A stretch of DNA of 54,265 bases from Chloroflexota bacterium (GTDB lineage Bacteria > Chloroflexota > UBA6077 > JACCZL01): contig JBJXFJ010000108.1 of the NCBI GenBank assembly GCA_046154735.1, forward strand, positions 1-54,265, read 5' to 3'. The first letter of the stretch is position 1; each line of letters opens with the position of its first letter. This document shows, in pieces, positions 8,794 through 17,642 of this stretch. The notes under the pieces are model-generated. The model worked only from the letters and a program-made list of their open reading frames with translations, was not told the DNA's origin and ran no database searches. The translations under genes were made by a program, and so were the position numbers.

Positions 8794-9915
8794 GTGATTC
8801 GTCGAATCGGTATCCTGAGCGGAGGCGGTGATTGCCCGGGAATCAATGCTGTCATTCGCGCGGTCACATATTCCGCAATTGTCTCGCACGGTTGGGAAGT
8901 TATCGGGATTGAAGATGGCTATGATGGTTTGCTGGCACCGGATGGTACACGCCGACTTCGTATTGCGGACGTGCGCCGCATCCTCGGCCTCGGTGGCACC
9001 ATCCTGGGCACGACGAACCGATCCAACCCCTTTGCGTACCGCTCTCAAGAAGGCGGTCAGACGGTCATTCGCGACCGATCTCGAGAGGTTGTCGAGGCTG
9101 TGCGTGCCTTGGAGCTCGATGCACTCGTTGCAATTGGCGGCGATGGCTCCCTGAAAATCGGACTCCAGCTTTTTGAACTGGGCATTCCGATCGTTGGCGT
9201 CCCGAAGACGATTGACAATGACCTCTCCGCCACTGACTACACGTTCGGGTTTCACACGGCGGTCGACGTGGCGTCCGATGCGCTCGATCGCCTGCATACC
9301 ACCGCGGAAAGCCATCACCGGGCAATGCTCCTGGAGGTCATGGGCCGTGATGCCGGCTGGATCGCCCTGGAGAGCGGCATCGCCGGAGGCGCGCACGCCA
9401 TCATTATTCCCGAAGTCCCATTTGATCTCGATGTGTTATGTAAATTCGTTCACTTCCGCGAGCACGACCTAGGAGCGAAGTACAGCGTTGTCGTGATCGC
9501 TGAAGGCTGCGCGATCCCCGGCGGAGGTCAAGTGATGGAGCAGTCCATAATTCCCGGGGCGGCCGCTAGACTCTCAGGTATTGCGGTGTGGCTGGCAGGG
9601 CAGCTTGCCGTCCGGACCGGCGTGGAGACGCGTTCCACCATCTTGGGGCACCTTCAGCGTGGCGGAAGTCCAAACCCAGTGGACAGGATACTGGCCACAC
9701 GATTTGGCGCCGCTGCTGTGAAGCTTTTGGCCGCGGAGCGCTTCGGAGAAATGGTGGCTCTGCACGGTCAAGATATTGTGGGCGTTCCACTGAGGGACGC
9801 TGTCGGAACAATACGGAACGTGCCCGTCACTCACCAACTCATCACCCAAGCGCGCGAGATTGGCGTCTGTTTTGGTGACCGGCTGCCGCCACGAGACGGC
9901 CAACAGCCTCAGTAA
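8794..9915 (+). CDS. pfkA: ATP-dependent 6-phosphofructokinase
   Basis: MIRRIGILSGGGDCPGINAVIRAV, IGGDGS and PKTIDNDL motifs. GTG start with AGGGAG upstream. Confidence 0.9.
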   Translation: MIRRIGILSGGGDCPGINAVIRAVTYSAIVSHGWEVIGIEDGYDGLLAPDGTRRLRIADVRRILGLGGTILGTTNRSNPFAYRSQEGGQTVIRDRSREVVEAVRALELDALVAIGGDGSLKIGLQLFELGIPIVGVPKTIDNDLSATDYTFGFHTAVDVASDALDRLHTTAESHHRAMLLEVMGRDAGWIALESGIAGGAHAIIIPEVPFDLDVLCKFVHFREHDLGAKYSVVVIAEGCAIPGGGQVMEQSIIPGAAARLSGIAVWLAGQLAVRTGVETRSTILGHLQRGGSPNPVDRILATRFGAAAVKLLAAERFGEMVALHGQDIVGVPLRDAVGTIRNVPVTHQLITQAREIGVCFGDRLPPRDGQQPQ

Positions 9916-10019
9916 CCTGACACGAGAGGCAATCAGGTCGCGGGGTCGCGGGTTGCACCAGTCTCTTGGTGTTCTGTCAATTCTCTGGATCCCAGAATCT
10001 GGGAAATCGAAGCGCGGCG

Positions 10020-11201
10020 TTAGTCGTCCTGAAGTGACCCACTCCGTCGACGGAGGAACGACGGTGCATCGAAATCGTCGTCTGCTGGCGTCGGATCTCC
10101 ACCCAGTGACCGCGGAGGCCGCGCCGGGGCATCAACCCGCGGGCTCTCCCTCATGCGATGACTCTGTTGCTTGAGCCCCGTAGCGATCACTGTGATCTTG
10201 ATATCGGCCTGCGGATGCGGATTGACCACGGCTCCAAAGATGATGTTCGCCGATTCATCCACAGCTTCGCGCACGGCCTCAGCGGCCTCAGCCACCTCAC
10301 TGAGTGCGAGATCAGGCCCCCCTGTGATGTTCAGCAACACACCCCGCGCGCCTTCAATGGAGACATCCAGCAACGGACTGTTCAATGCGGCCTGAGCGGC
10401 CATGAGCGCTCGATCTTCACCTCGTCCCTCGCCAATGGCCATGAGCGCTGGGCCGGAGTCGGCCATGATCGATTTGACGTCCGCAAAATCGAGGTTGATT
10501 AGGCCGGTCATAGTCACCAGGTCTGAAATGCCCTGAATGCCCTGTCGAAGCACGTCATCAGCCATCTTAAAGGCATCGACAACGGTCATACGAACGTCAC
10601 CGAGCCGCAGTAGCTTATCGTTTGGAATCACGATAAGCGCATCAACTTCATTACGAAGCCGCTCCACACCCTCCTCGGCGATACGGGCTCGTTTCGCCCC
10701 CTCGAATCGAAACGGCAGCGTTACGATCCCAACGGTGAGTGCCCGAATGTGCTGTCGCGCGATCTTAGCAATGGTTGGCGCCGCGCCCGTGCCGGTGCCG
10801 CCGCCCATGCCAGCAGTGACAAAGACCATGTCCGCGCCATCAAGCGATTCAATGAGCTCATCCTGATCAATCTCCGCGGCGCGCTCGCCCGCGGTAGGAT
10901 CTCCCCCAGCACCCAGTCCTCGCGTGGACTTTGCACCGATGATGATTTTGCGGTATGCGCTCGACACGGCCAGCGCCTGGGCATCCGTATTGACAGAAAT
11001 GAACTCAACGCCCTGGACGCTGGCGTCCACCATGCGATTTACCGCATTGCCGCCACCGCCACCCACGCCCACAATCTTGACCTCGGTAAAGCCCTTTGCC
11101 GGCGAAAACAGGGGCGAATTGATAATGCGTGGCACCACCGCCTCTGATCGCGTCAGGTCAAGTACTCGCCCGGGGTCAAATCCACCGTTAAGCTTGGACA
11201 C
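10020..11201 (-). CDS. ftsZ: cell division protein FtsZ
   Basis: GVGGGGGNAVNRM tubulin signature, NTDAQAL, and a C-terminal DFDAPSFLRRR tail. Start set at GTG 11201 (GGAGG 9 nt upstream). The ORF-track start 11318 would overlap the upstream ParA-like gene by 131 nt. Confidence 0.9.
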   Translation of the reverse strand: MSKLNGGFDPGRVLDLTRSEAVVPRIINSPLFSPAKGFTEVKIVGVGGGGGNAVNRMVDASVQGVEFISVNTDAQALAVSSAYRKIIIGAKSTRGLGAGGDPTAGERAAEIDQDELIESLDGADMVFVTAGMGGGTGTGAAPTIAKIARQHIRALTVGIVTLPFRFEGAKRARIAEEGVERLRNEVDALIVIPNDKLLRLGDVRMTVVDAFKMADDVLRQGIQGISDLVTMTGLINLDFADVKSIMADSGPALMAIGEGRGEDRALMAAQAALNSPLLDVSIEGARGVLLNITGGPDLALSEVAEAAEAVREAVDESANIIFGAVVNPHPQADIKITVIATGLKQQSHRMRESPRVDAPARPPRSLGGDPTPADDDFDAPSFLRRRSGSLQDD

Positions 11202-11955
11202 GGCGTATGACCTCCTCTGCGAGCGTGCTATAGATATCCATGGCCTTGTCTGCACCCGCGTACTGAAACACCGAGGTGCCTGCGGATCCCGCTTCCAGAA
11301 TCTTGCTGTTCGTTCCAACTTCTACGTCGAACACCTTGCCACTCCATCGCTCTCTTAGATATTCGGACACCTGGCGTTCTTCGCGTAGTCGGCGATCGAG
11401 CTTGCTGAGCACGATACCCAGCACTTTGAGGCGTGGATTCAGATACAAGATCTCCTGGATACTCTCTTCAAGCATTTGAAGTCCTTGAAGAGAAAAGAAC
11501 CGCGCTTCCGTTGGGATAACCACCTGGGTTGCCGCGACGAGTCCGTTAATAGTGAGCAAGCCAAGAGATGGTGGCGTATCAATCAAAATGAAGTCGTAGC
11601 GTGAATCCACCTGCAGCAGGTGGTCTCGGAGTCGCAATTCGCGACCAAGCTTGTTCATCAGTGCCGCCTCCGCGCTGGCCAATGGCACTGAGGCGGGAAC
11701 AACGTCCAGCTTACTCACCCCGCCATTTTCAACAGCGAGTACGGGCAACGGAAAATTTCGATCAAGGAGCGAGTCTGCAACGGTATGACTTACGCGCTTC
11801 TCAAGGCCGAACGCGCTGGTTAAGTTCCCCTGTGGATCCATATCAACCAGCAGGACGCGTTTCTCCCGCCGAGCAAGCGCGGCACCTAGATTCGCGGTCG
11901 TGGTAGTCTTGCCGACACCGCCCTTTTGATTGGCGATGGCGATCACAGTCGCCAC
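11188..11955 (-). CDS. ParA/MinD-family ATPase (orphan, no parB nearby)
   Basis: Deviant Walker A in MATVIAIANQKGGVGKTTT, plus MDPQGN and FILIDTPPS. GTG start with GGAG 8 nt upstream. TAA stop 11188-11190 lies 14 nt inside ftsZ. Confidence 0.85.
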   Translation of the reverse strand: MATVIAIANQKGGVGKTTTTANLGAALARREKRVLLVDMDPQGNLTSAFGLEKRVSHTVADSLLDRNFPLPVLAVENGGVSKLDVVPASVPLASAEAALMNKLGRELRLRDHLLQVDSRYDFILIDTPPSLGLLTINGLVAATQVVIPTEARFFSLQGLQMLEESIQEILYLNPRLKVLGIVLSKLDRRLREERQVSEYLRERWSGKVFDVEVGTNSKILEAGSAGTSVFQYAGADKAMDIYSTLAEEVIRRVQA

Positions 11956-12137
11956 AGATATCTCCGTTCATGTAAACAGAACAATAACTTTCGAAATGGT
12001 AGCATGGGTGTCGCCAACTCGACAGTAACTTTCATGGCTAGCGGCGCTTCGATTCCGTCTCAATTCTCTCGTCCAAAGATGATTCGACGCTTTTTGACAA
12101 GAGTTGAGGCGAATGGCGCTAACACGGACACTGCCCA

Positions 12138-12698
12138 ATGATTCAATGCCCCGGCTGTGGCGGCCGGAATCTGGAATCCGCGCAGGCTTGTGATTGGTGT
12201 GCGCGGCCATTCAAGTCAAATACAGTTTCTCGGCCTCCACCGCGCTACCTGCTGCCAATCATCCTTGGCCTCGGTCTGATTGGGCTTGTCAGCTTCACGG
12301 TTTTTATGCTGTCATCACTGTCACGCTCGAGTGGTCAGCCGAATCAACCCGCAGTTTCCTCCAGCCCAATTCCATCGGCCAGTCCGCGCCCGGTCCCCAC
12401 CACGATAATTCCAACAGTGACAGCTCAGTCGACCGCCGCGCCCCTCGTGCGACAAGCTCGAGTGGTCAACACGAATGGTGACGGAGCACTCGTGCGTCGC
12501 GAGCCATCGGTCAATGCCCCCAGTTCGGGCCTGGTCCGCGAGGATGGTGTTGTCCAGCTCCTCGGCCCTGAGGAGACAGTTCAGGCTCAGGTCTGGCGCC
12601 AGGTTGAGGACGCTCAGGGCAATCAGGGATGGATTCGAGCCGACTACCTGGCCATCATCGAGCCGGCCACGCCACTTCCGCTCGCCCCGCCACCCTAA
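12138..12698 (+). CDS. zinc-ribbon / single-TM / SH3-like domain protein
   Basis: N-terminal CPGCG...CDWC zinc ribbon, TM helix LLPIILGLGLIGLVSFTVFML, a Pro/Ser-rich linker, and a C-terminal bacterial SH3-like segment (ARVVNTNGDGALVRREPS...WRQVEDAQGNQGWIRADYL). Confidence 0.7.
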   Translation: MIQCPGCGGRNLESAQACDWCARPFKSNTVSRPPPRYLLPIILGLGLIGLVSFTVFMLSSLSRSSGQPNQPAVSSSPIPSASPRPVPTTIIPTVTAQSTAAPLVRQARVVNTNGDGALVRREPSVNAPSSGLVREDGVVQLLGPEETVQAQVWRQVEDAQGNQGWIRADYLAIIEPATPLPLAPPP

Positions 12699-12796
12699 CT
12701 GAAGTTTCGCACCAACACGGCAATGAATGTCCCATGCCTCGGGTCAAGAACTTCGATATTTCCTGGCGAAATCGAGCCGGCGCGACAGTGTCACGA

Positions 12797-12805
12797 TGCT
12801 ATAAT
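12797..12805 (+). promoter_or_regulatory. candidate extended -10 promoter element (TGcTATAAT)
   Basis: TGCTATAAT lies 49 nt upstream of ATG 12854. No clear -35 is present. Confidence 0.3.
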
Positions 12806-12853
12806 GAGCGGGCATACCGCGCACACGCCCGGCACCATGAGTAGTTCCAAGTC

Positions 12854-13252
12854 ATGACTGACCGCATTAACCGAGAGATCGACGACCTGCTGCGCCACAT
12901 TGAGAATCGGGAGCGCCGTTCGGTGACCCGCCGGTTCCAGCGCTGGTCAAAATCCGCATCCGAAACGTGGCGAACCATGTTTGGCGGATTTCTGCGCCGG
13001 TCCCCGGTTGAGCAGTTCATGATTGCCAGCATCGCGCTGCTCATGTTGTCACTCGTTGTGCAATATGCTTCGCGTACACTGGCCTTCTATGCCAGTGTGC
13101 TGAGCATCCTGCTCTTTGTACTCGCCCTGATCATCTCGGTGAGCTCGCCGGGGCGAGGGGGCTTTCAGAAGCGGTGGCGCGGACGAGTCATTGACTACAG
13201 TCAACCGACGATCTGGTCCAACATTCGACGTTGGTTTCAGCGCCGCCGATAG
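12854..13252 (+). CDS. hypothetical membrane protein (two predicted TM helices, Arg-rich termini)
   Basis: ATG start. Hydrophobic stretches FMIASIALLMLSLVVQYA and FYASVLSILLFVLALIISV. No recognisable family. Confidence 0.5.
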   Translation: MTDRINREIDDLLRHIENRERRSVTRRFQRWSKSASETWRTMFGGFLRRSPVEQFMIASIALLMLSLVVQYASRTLAFYASVLSILLFVLALIISVSSPGRGGFQKRWRGRVIDYSQPTIWSNIRRWFQRRR

Positions 13253-13580
13253 CGCCGCAACATCTCGTGCCCCGTCGATAAGTCTGGCGCAATCGTTTGC
13301 TGGACATGCACCACGTGTTCAAGTGTGGCACGCTTCGCCACACTCCGCAGACTCGAGACACGGCCGCGCACCACTCAGGAATGACACGGTGTTGGGCACT
13401 CCCATTCGAGCTCATGCTGACTGTCTTTCGTCTCGTTGCCGCGGCCATTTCCGTGCTACTGCTTTTGCACCTTGAGTTGGCGGCTGAACCGGGCGAGGCC
13501 GAGGCTCAGTCCGCTCCCACTCTACCTTCAGACCGGCCGGGACTCACGGGCGTGGTCGGTCACTGGCGGTGCCCACCAAG

Positions 13581-14546
13581 TTATCGAGGGCGCTCCACCG
13601 TATAGCTGGCAATCTCATGGAGGATGTCGCGGGCTGCCCCCGGAGGCACGATGCTCAGCGAAGCCTGAGCTTCAGCGATGAGCCGTCGGGCCTCGTCGTA
13701 AGCGTCATCTATGGCGCCGCTAGTGCGCACCAACTCCACTAACTCGGAAAGATCGACATCTTCTCGCTCAAACCATGACGCGTACTCGTCCGCGGGCAGC
13801 TTGTCGCGCAGACACAGCACAGGAAGAGTCACCGTTCCCTGCTTCAGGTCAGAGCCGACTTGTTTACCGAGCACGCGCTCATCCCCGATGAAGTCGAGAA
13901 TATCGTCCACAACCTGGAAGGCCAGGCCCAGCCGATCGCCATAGTGGCGCATCGCTTGAACCTGCGGCTCATCGAGGCCCGCCAAAATCGCCGAGCCCTG
14001 GCAGGCGAGCACGAAGAGAGAGCCAGTTTTACCCCAGATGGTCTGGTAATAGGCATCTCGAGTGAGTACTCGATGAGCCTTCCCTAGCCGTGAAGCCTCT
14101 TCAATTTGGCCCTGGCACATGCTGGCCAATGTTTCGGCGAAGAGGCCAATCACCCGCATGTTGCCGGTGGCAACACACCGAGAGGCGGACTGTGCAAAGA
14201 GGTAGTCACCAACCAGTACTGCCAATGCATTGCCGACACGTGTAAACAGCGTTTCATCGCCCCGCCGCAACGCGGACTCATCCACAACGTCATCATGGAC
14301 CAGGCTTGCCGCGTGGAGCAGCTCCACGCCCACTGCCATGTCCGTCATCGCCTGGGGCAACGCGTCACCCAGCCGGGCCGTGAGCAGTGCCAGTGCGGGG
14401 CGCATCCGCTTGCCGCTACCTGGCAGCACCATACTGAGCATCGGCCCCATGAGCGGGTGATCCGACTGCGCCGTTTCAATGAGCGTTTGCTCAACCGCTC
14501 CAAGCTCATGTTGGATCAGCGCAAACGACGGTGCCGTGCTTGTCAT
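13581..14546 (-). CDS. polyprenyl diphosphate synthase (trans-IPPS, IspB/HepT-like)
   Basis: First and second Asp-rich motifs, LVHDDVVDE and VVDDILDF. Length is 321 aa. Confidence 0.85.
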   Translation of the reverse strand: MTSTAPSFALIQHELGAVEQTLIETAQSDHPLMGPMLSMVLPGSGKRMRPALALLTARLGDALPQAMTDMAVGVELLHAASLVHDDVVDESALRRGDETLFTRVGNALAVLVGDYLFAQSASRCVATGNMRVIGLFAETLASMCQGQIEEASRLGKAHRVLTRDAYYQTIWGKTGSLFVLACQGSAILAGLDEPQVQAMRHYGDRLGLAFQVVDDILDFIGDERVLGKQVGSDLKQGTVTLPVLCLRDKLPADEYASWFEREDVDLSELVELVRTSGAIDDAYDEARRLIAEAQASLSIVPPGAARDILHEIASYTVERPR

Positions 14547-15370
14547 AGAGCCGATCCGAGACCAGGCAGACTCATTGCAATTGCGGGGAACAATCGAACG
14601 GCATTACGACTCGATTCCTCAGCGATTTGATCGATGTGGACCTCACGCAACGCCGCGAGTCGCTCAGCAATAATGCTGACCCGGGCAGGCTCGTTGCGTG
14701 TCCCGCGAAAGGGCTGAGGTGCAAGATAGGGACTATCTGTCTCAATGAGATAGCTTGATGAATTGACAGCTCGTGCCACTTCCGGTAACGCACGCGCATT
14801 CTTAAACGTCACGGGCCCGGCAAATGAAATAAGCAGACTTGCCCGGGCTGCCCGATGCATGAGCGGCAGATCCCCGGAAAAGCAGTGCAGCACTCCGACG
14901 GGGACGTCAGGTGGCTCGGAGCCGACCCACGCTTCCAGAATCTGAAGTGTGTCGTCATCAGCATTGCGATTATGCACGATAACGGGCAGTGTCATTCGCT
15001 TGGCAATGTCAAGATGCGCGCCAAACCAATCGCGCTGCTCACTCGCATCGGAGAACTCTCGAAAGTAATCCAAACCTGTCTCACCAATGGCCACAACCTT
15101 TGGGGCGGTCGCAAGCTGTTCCACAATTTTCAGATCGACTTCCTTCGTCTCATGTACGTGGTTCGGATGAATGCCTACCGCCGCAAAGCACATCGCTTCC
15201 CGCTGCGCCAGATCAACCGCCGCTGCGCTCGTTGCAAGGTCATAGCCAACGCAAACGATTGCCCCAACACCCGCCTCGCGTGCTCGCTCCAGGAGTGCCG
15301 GCAAATCGGAATTTAGATCTGGATCCATAGGATGCGCGTGCGTATCCACCAGTGGATAGGCGGCAATCAT
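14543..15370 (-). CDS. TatD-family metal-dependent hydrolase
   Basis: VDTHAHP, HCFSG and ETDSPYL motifs. 4-nt overlaps with both neighbouring genes. Confidence 0.85.
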   Translation of the reverse strand: MIAAYPLVDTHAHPMDPDLNSDLPALLERAREAGVGAIVCVGYDLATSAAAVDLAQREAMCFAAVGIHPNHVHETKEVDLKIVEQLATAPKVVAIGETGLDYFREFSDASEQRDWFGAHLDIAKRMTLPVIVHNRNADDDTLQILEAWVGSEPPDVPVGVLHCFSGDLPLMHRAARASLLISFAGPVTFKNARALPEVARAVNSSSYLIETDSPYLAPQPFRGTRNEPARVSIIAERLAALREVHIDQIAEESSRNAVRLFPAIAMSLPGLGSAL

Positions 15371-16053
15371 TCTAGCACAGGCCCCTGCCCGGCTCCCGCG
15401 ATCACGAGTGTAAATTCGCCCCGCGGTTCGTGTGCGGTGAAATGCTCGAGAACGGTGCTCACGGAACCACGGACGGACTCTTCGAATTTCTTGGTAAGCT
15501 CCCGTGCCGCCACCATCGGTCGATCGCCTAACTCCGCGGCAATATCCGTGAGAGCTGCTCGAAGTCGGTGAGGCGACTCAAATGCCAGCAGCGCATGATC
15601 AAGACTGGCATGCGCGGCCAGGAGGCTCCGTCGCTGGCCTGACTTCCGAGGAAGAAACCCCAGAAACGTAAACGCATGCATCGGAATCCCGGATGCCACG
15701 AGAGCGGCAATAACCGCGGATGGTCCCGGAATCGGGATCACTGGATACCCAGCGTCAATTGCGGCACGTATGAGTGGATAGCCAGGGTCGGAGATTCCCG
15801 GGGTGCCCGCGTCAGAGATAATTGCCACGTCCCCGTCTTCCAACCGCTCAACCAGGCGCAATACCTTTCCAGAGCCCGTGAACGCGTGGAAGCTCGTCGT
15901 TGGGGTTTCAATCTCATAGTGCTTAAGAAGCACTCGTGATGTCCGAGTATCCTCCGCGGCAATGAGATTCACCTCGCGAAGGACGCGAACTGCCCTGAAG
16001 GTCATATCCTCCAGGTTACCGATCGGCGTTCCAACGACGTAAAGTGTACCCAT
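15367..16053 (-). CDS. rsmI: 16S rRNA (cytidine1402-2'-O)-methyltransferase RsmI
   Basis: MGTLYVVGTPIGNLEDMTFRAVRVLREVNLIAAEDTR is the typical RsmI N-terminus. The start is ambiguous: ATG 16053 is chosen here, and TTG 16140 is the ORF-track start. Neither has a good SD. Confidence 0.8.
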   Translation of the reverse strand: MGTLYVVGTPIGNLEDMTFRAVRVLREVNLIAAEDTRTSRVLLKHYEIETPTTSFHAFTGSGKVLRLVERLEDGDVAIISDAGTPGISDPGYPLIRAAIDAGYPVIPIPGPSAVIAALVASGIPMHAFTFLGFLPRKSGQRRSLLAAHASLDHALLAFESPHRLRAALTDIAAELGDRPMVAARELTKKFEESVRGSVSTVLEHFTAHEPRGEFTLVIAGAGQGPVLE

Positions 16054-16305
16054 TGAATTGCGAGCGGCCGATGACCACTCTCCTGAATTATAGGAATCAT
16101 TGTGGGGCGAGCGCGTGGGCTGTACTTGCGCATTGTTCAACTAGGGTCAGGCAACTGGTAATCCCCGAATCGGTTAATCCGGCCAAGTCAATCTGTCCCT
16201 GCCATGGGCTCCACAATACGTTGCCCTACGGCAGGCATGGTCATACAATATGTTGTGATAGTAGTGTGATTATGGCACCGATTAGTGGCGGAACCAGGGA
16301 ATGCG

Positions 16306-16334
16306 TTGACGGTGCCTCTATCTTTTGGTATGTT
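16306..16334 (+). promoter_or_regulatory. candidate sigma70-type promoter of the guaB3-guaA-pur block
   Basis: TTGACG (16306-16311), a 17-bp spacer, then TATGTT (16329-16334), in the divergent rsmI/guaB3 intergenic region. Confidence 0.45.
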
Positions 16335-16356
16335 GGTACCAAGCGACCCACTGTTA

Positions 16357-16421
16357 GCCCAGTTGCGGAGGTCACCTGAGCGCGTTGATGCGCCGGTGAC
16401 CGGGTGAAACTGGGCTTTTTT
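16357..16421 (+). terminator. intrinsic-terminator-like hairpin inside the guaB3 5' leader (candidate attenuator/riboswitch expression platform)
   Basis: Outer stem GCCCAGTT (16357-16364) / AACTGGGC (16408-15). Middle stem GGTCACC (16370-76) / GGTGACC (16395-16401). Apical stem GCGC-GTTGAT-GCGC. TTTTTT follows at 16416-21. The hairpin lies 27 nt upstream of ATG 16449 and downstream of the candidate promoter. Confidence 0.55.
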
Positions 16422-16448
16422 GTAACCTTCGCCAGGGGGAGGTAGTCA

Positions 16449-17639
16449 ATGCCAGGCGGACTCATCGATACCATTGAAGCCCAAATGACACGCCCCAGCA
16501 CACGCACACGGTCAGATCGTTTGCGCCATGCCTACGGGTTCGATGACGTCGCCATTGTGCCCGGCAACGTCACCGTGGATCCCAGTGAGACGGATGTAAG
16601 CTGGAACATTGGCCAGCGCCGGCTGGGGCTGCCGGTGCTCGCTTCCGCCATGGATGGTGTTGTCGACGTTTCCTTTGCGATTACCCTGGGCAAACTCGGT
16701 GGGCTTGCGGTCCTCAATTTAGAAGGCGTGCAAACGCGCTATGAGCAGCCAGAAGACGCTCTGCGCCAGATCGTTGAGTCACACCCTGACAATGTGACCG
16801 CCCTCATGCAAAGGCTCTACCAGGAGCCAATCAAAGATGAGCTCATCACCGAGCGAATTCGCGCGATCAAGGCGGCTGGCATTCCCGTTGCGGTCTCATC
16901 CACCCCGATATCGGCTGAGCGATTCGGTCAAGTGGCGGTAGACGCCGGAGTAGATATCTTTGTGGTGCAGTCCACGGTGTCCACAGCACGCTTTAAGACA
17001 AGCTCTGGGCCAATCCTAGACTTTGCACGCTTCTGTGCAGCCATGCCGGTGCCCGTGGTTGTGGGCAACTGTGTCTCCTACACGGCCGCTACGGAGCTCA
17101 TGGAAACTGGAATCAGCGCTCTTCTTGTGGGTGTAGGGCCTGGCGCGGCATGTACGAGTCGCGAGGTGCTTGGGATCGGCGTTCCGCAGGTCACCGCGAC
17201 GATGGATTGCGCCGAAGCGCGCGACGACTACTACGAGCGCACCGGACGCTATGTGCCGATTATCACAGATGGCGGCATGCGCACAGGGGGCGATCTCTGC
17301 AAGGCTCTCGCCAGTGGCGCGGACGCGGTCATGCTTGGCTCACCGTTCGCCCAGTGCGCCGAAGCGCCGGGCAAGGGGCACCACTGGGGCATGGCCACAC
17401 CACACGGGGCACTGCCGCGTGGCACGCGCATCAAGGTGGGCCTGCATGGGACTGTTGATCAGACCCTGTTTGGTCCCACATCTCGGACCGATGGCACGGA
17501 GAATCTTATTGGAGCTATTCGAACCTGCATGGGTGTGGTTGGCGCGTCAACGCTGCGTGAGATGCATGACGCTGAGCTGGTCATCGCCCCCGCCATCAAA
17601 ACCGAGGGAAAGATCTGGCAGCTTGCCGGGGCACGCTAG
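16449..17639 (+). CDS. guaB3: GuaB3-type IMP dehydrogenase-related protein (no CBS insert)
   Basis: FDDVAIVPG, GVGPGAACTSREVLGIGVPQ and IITDGGMRTGGD motifs. The ~396-aa length with no CBS pair fits the GuaB3 class. Confidence 0.8.
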   Translation: MPGGLIDTIEAQMTRPSTRTRSDRLRHAYGFDDVAIVPGNVTVDPSETDVSWNIGQRRLGLPVLASAMDGVVDVSFAITLGKLGGLAVLNLEGVQTRYEQPEDALRQIVESHPDNVTALMQRLYQEPIKDELITERIRAIKAAGIPVAVSSTPISAERFGQVAVDAGVDIFVVQSTVSTARFKTSSGPILDFARFCAAMPVPVVVGNCVSYTAATELMETGISALLVGVGPGAACTSREVLGIGVPQVTATMDCAEARDDYYERTGRYVPIITDGGMRTGGDLCKALASGADAVMLGSPFAQCAEAPGKGHHWGMATPHGALPRGTRIKVGLHGTVDQTLFGPTSRTDGTENLIGAIRTCMGVVGASTLREMHDAELVIAPAIKTEGKIWQLAGAR

Positions 17640-17642
17640 CGC

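Noticed and set aside
10020-11318. Long form of the ftsZ ORF starting at 11318
   Set aside because: It would overlap the ParA-like gene by 131 nt and add a non-FtsZ-like, Arg-rich N-terminus. GTG 11201 has a strong GGAGG at a proper distance.
13414-13605. 63-codon ORF with a signal-peptide-like N-terminus (MLTVFRLVAAAISVLLLLHLELAAEP...) in the 328-bp spacer before the polyprenyl synthase gene
   Set aside because: It has no SD, overlaps the 3' end of the convergent gene by 25 nt, and has no recognisable family. It cannot be supported from sequence alone. It is worth revisiting only if expression data or conservation appear.
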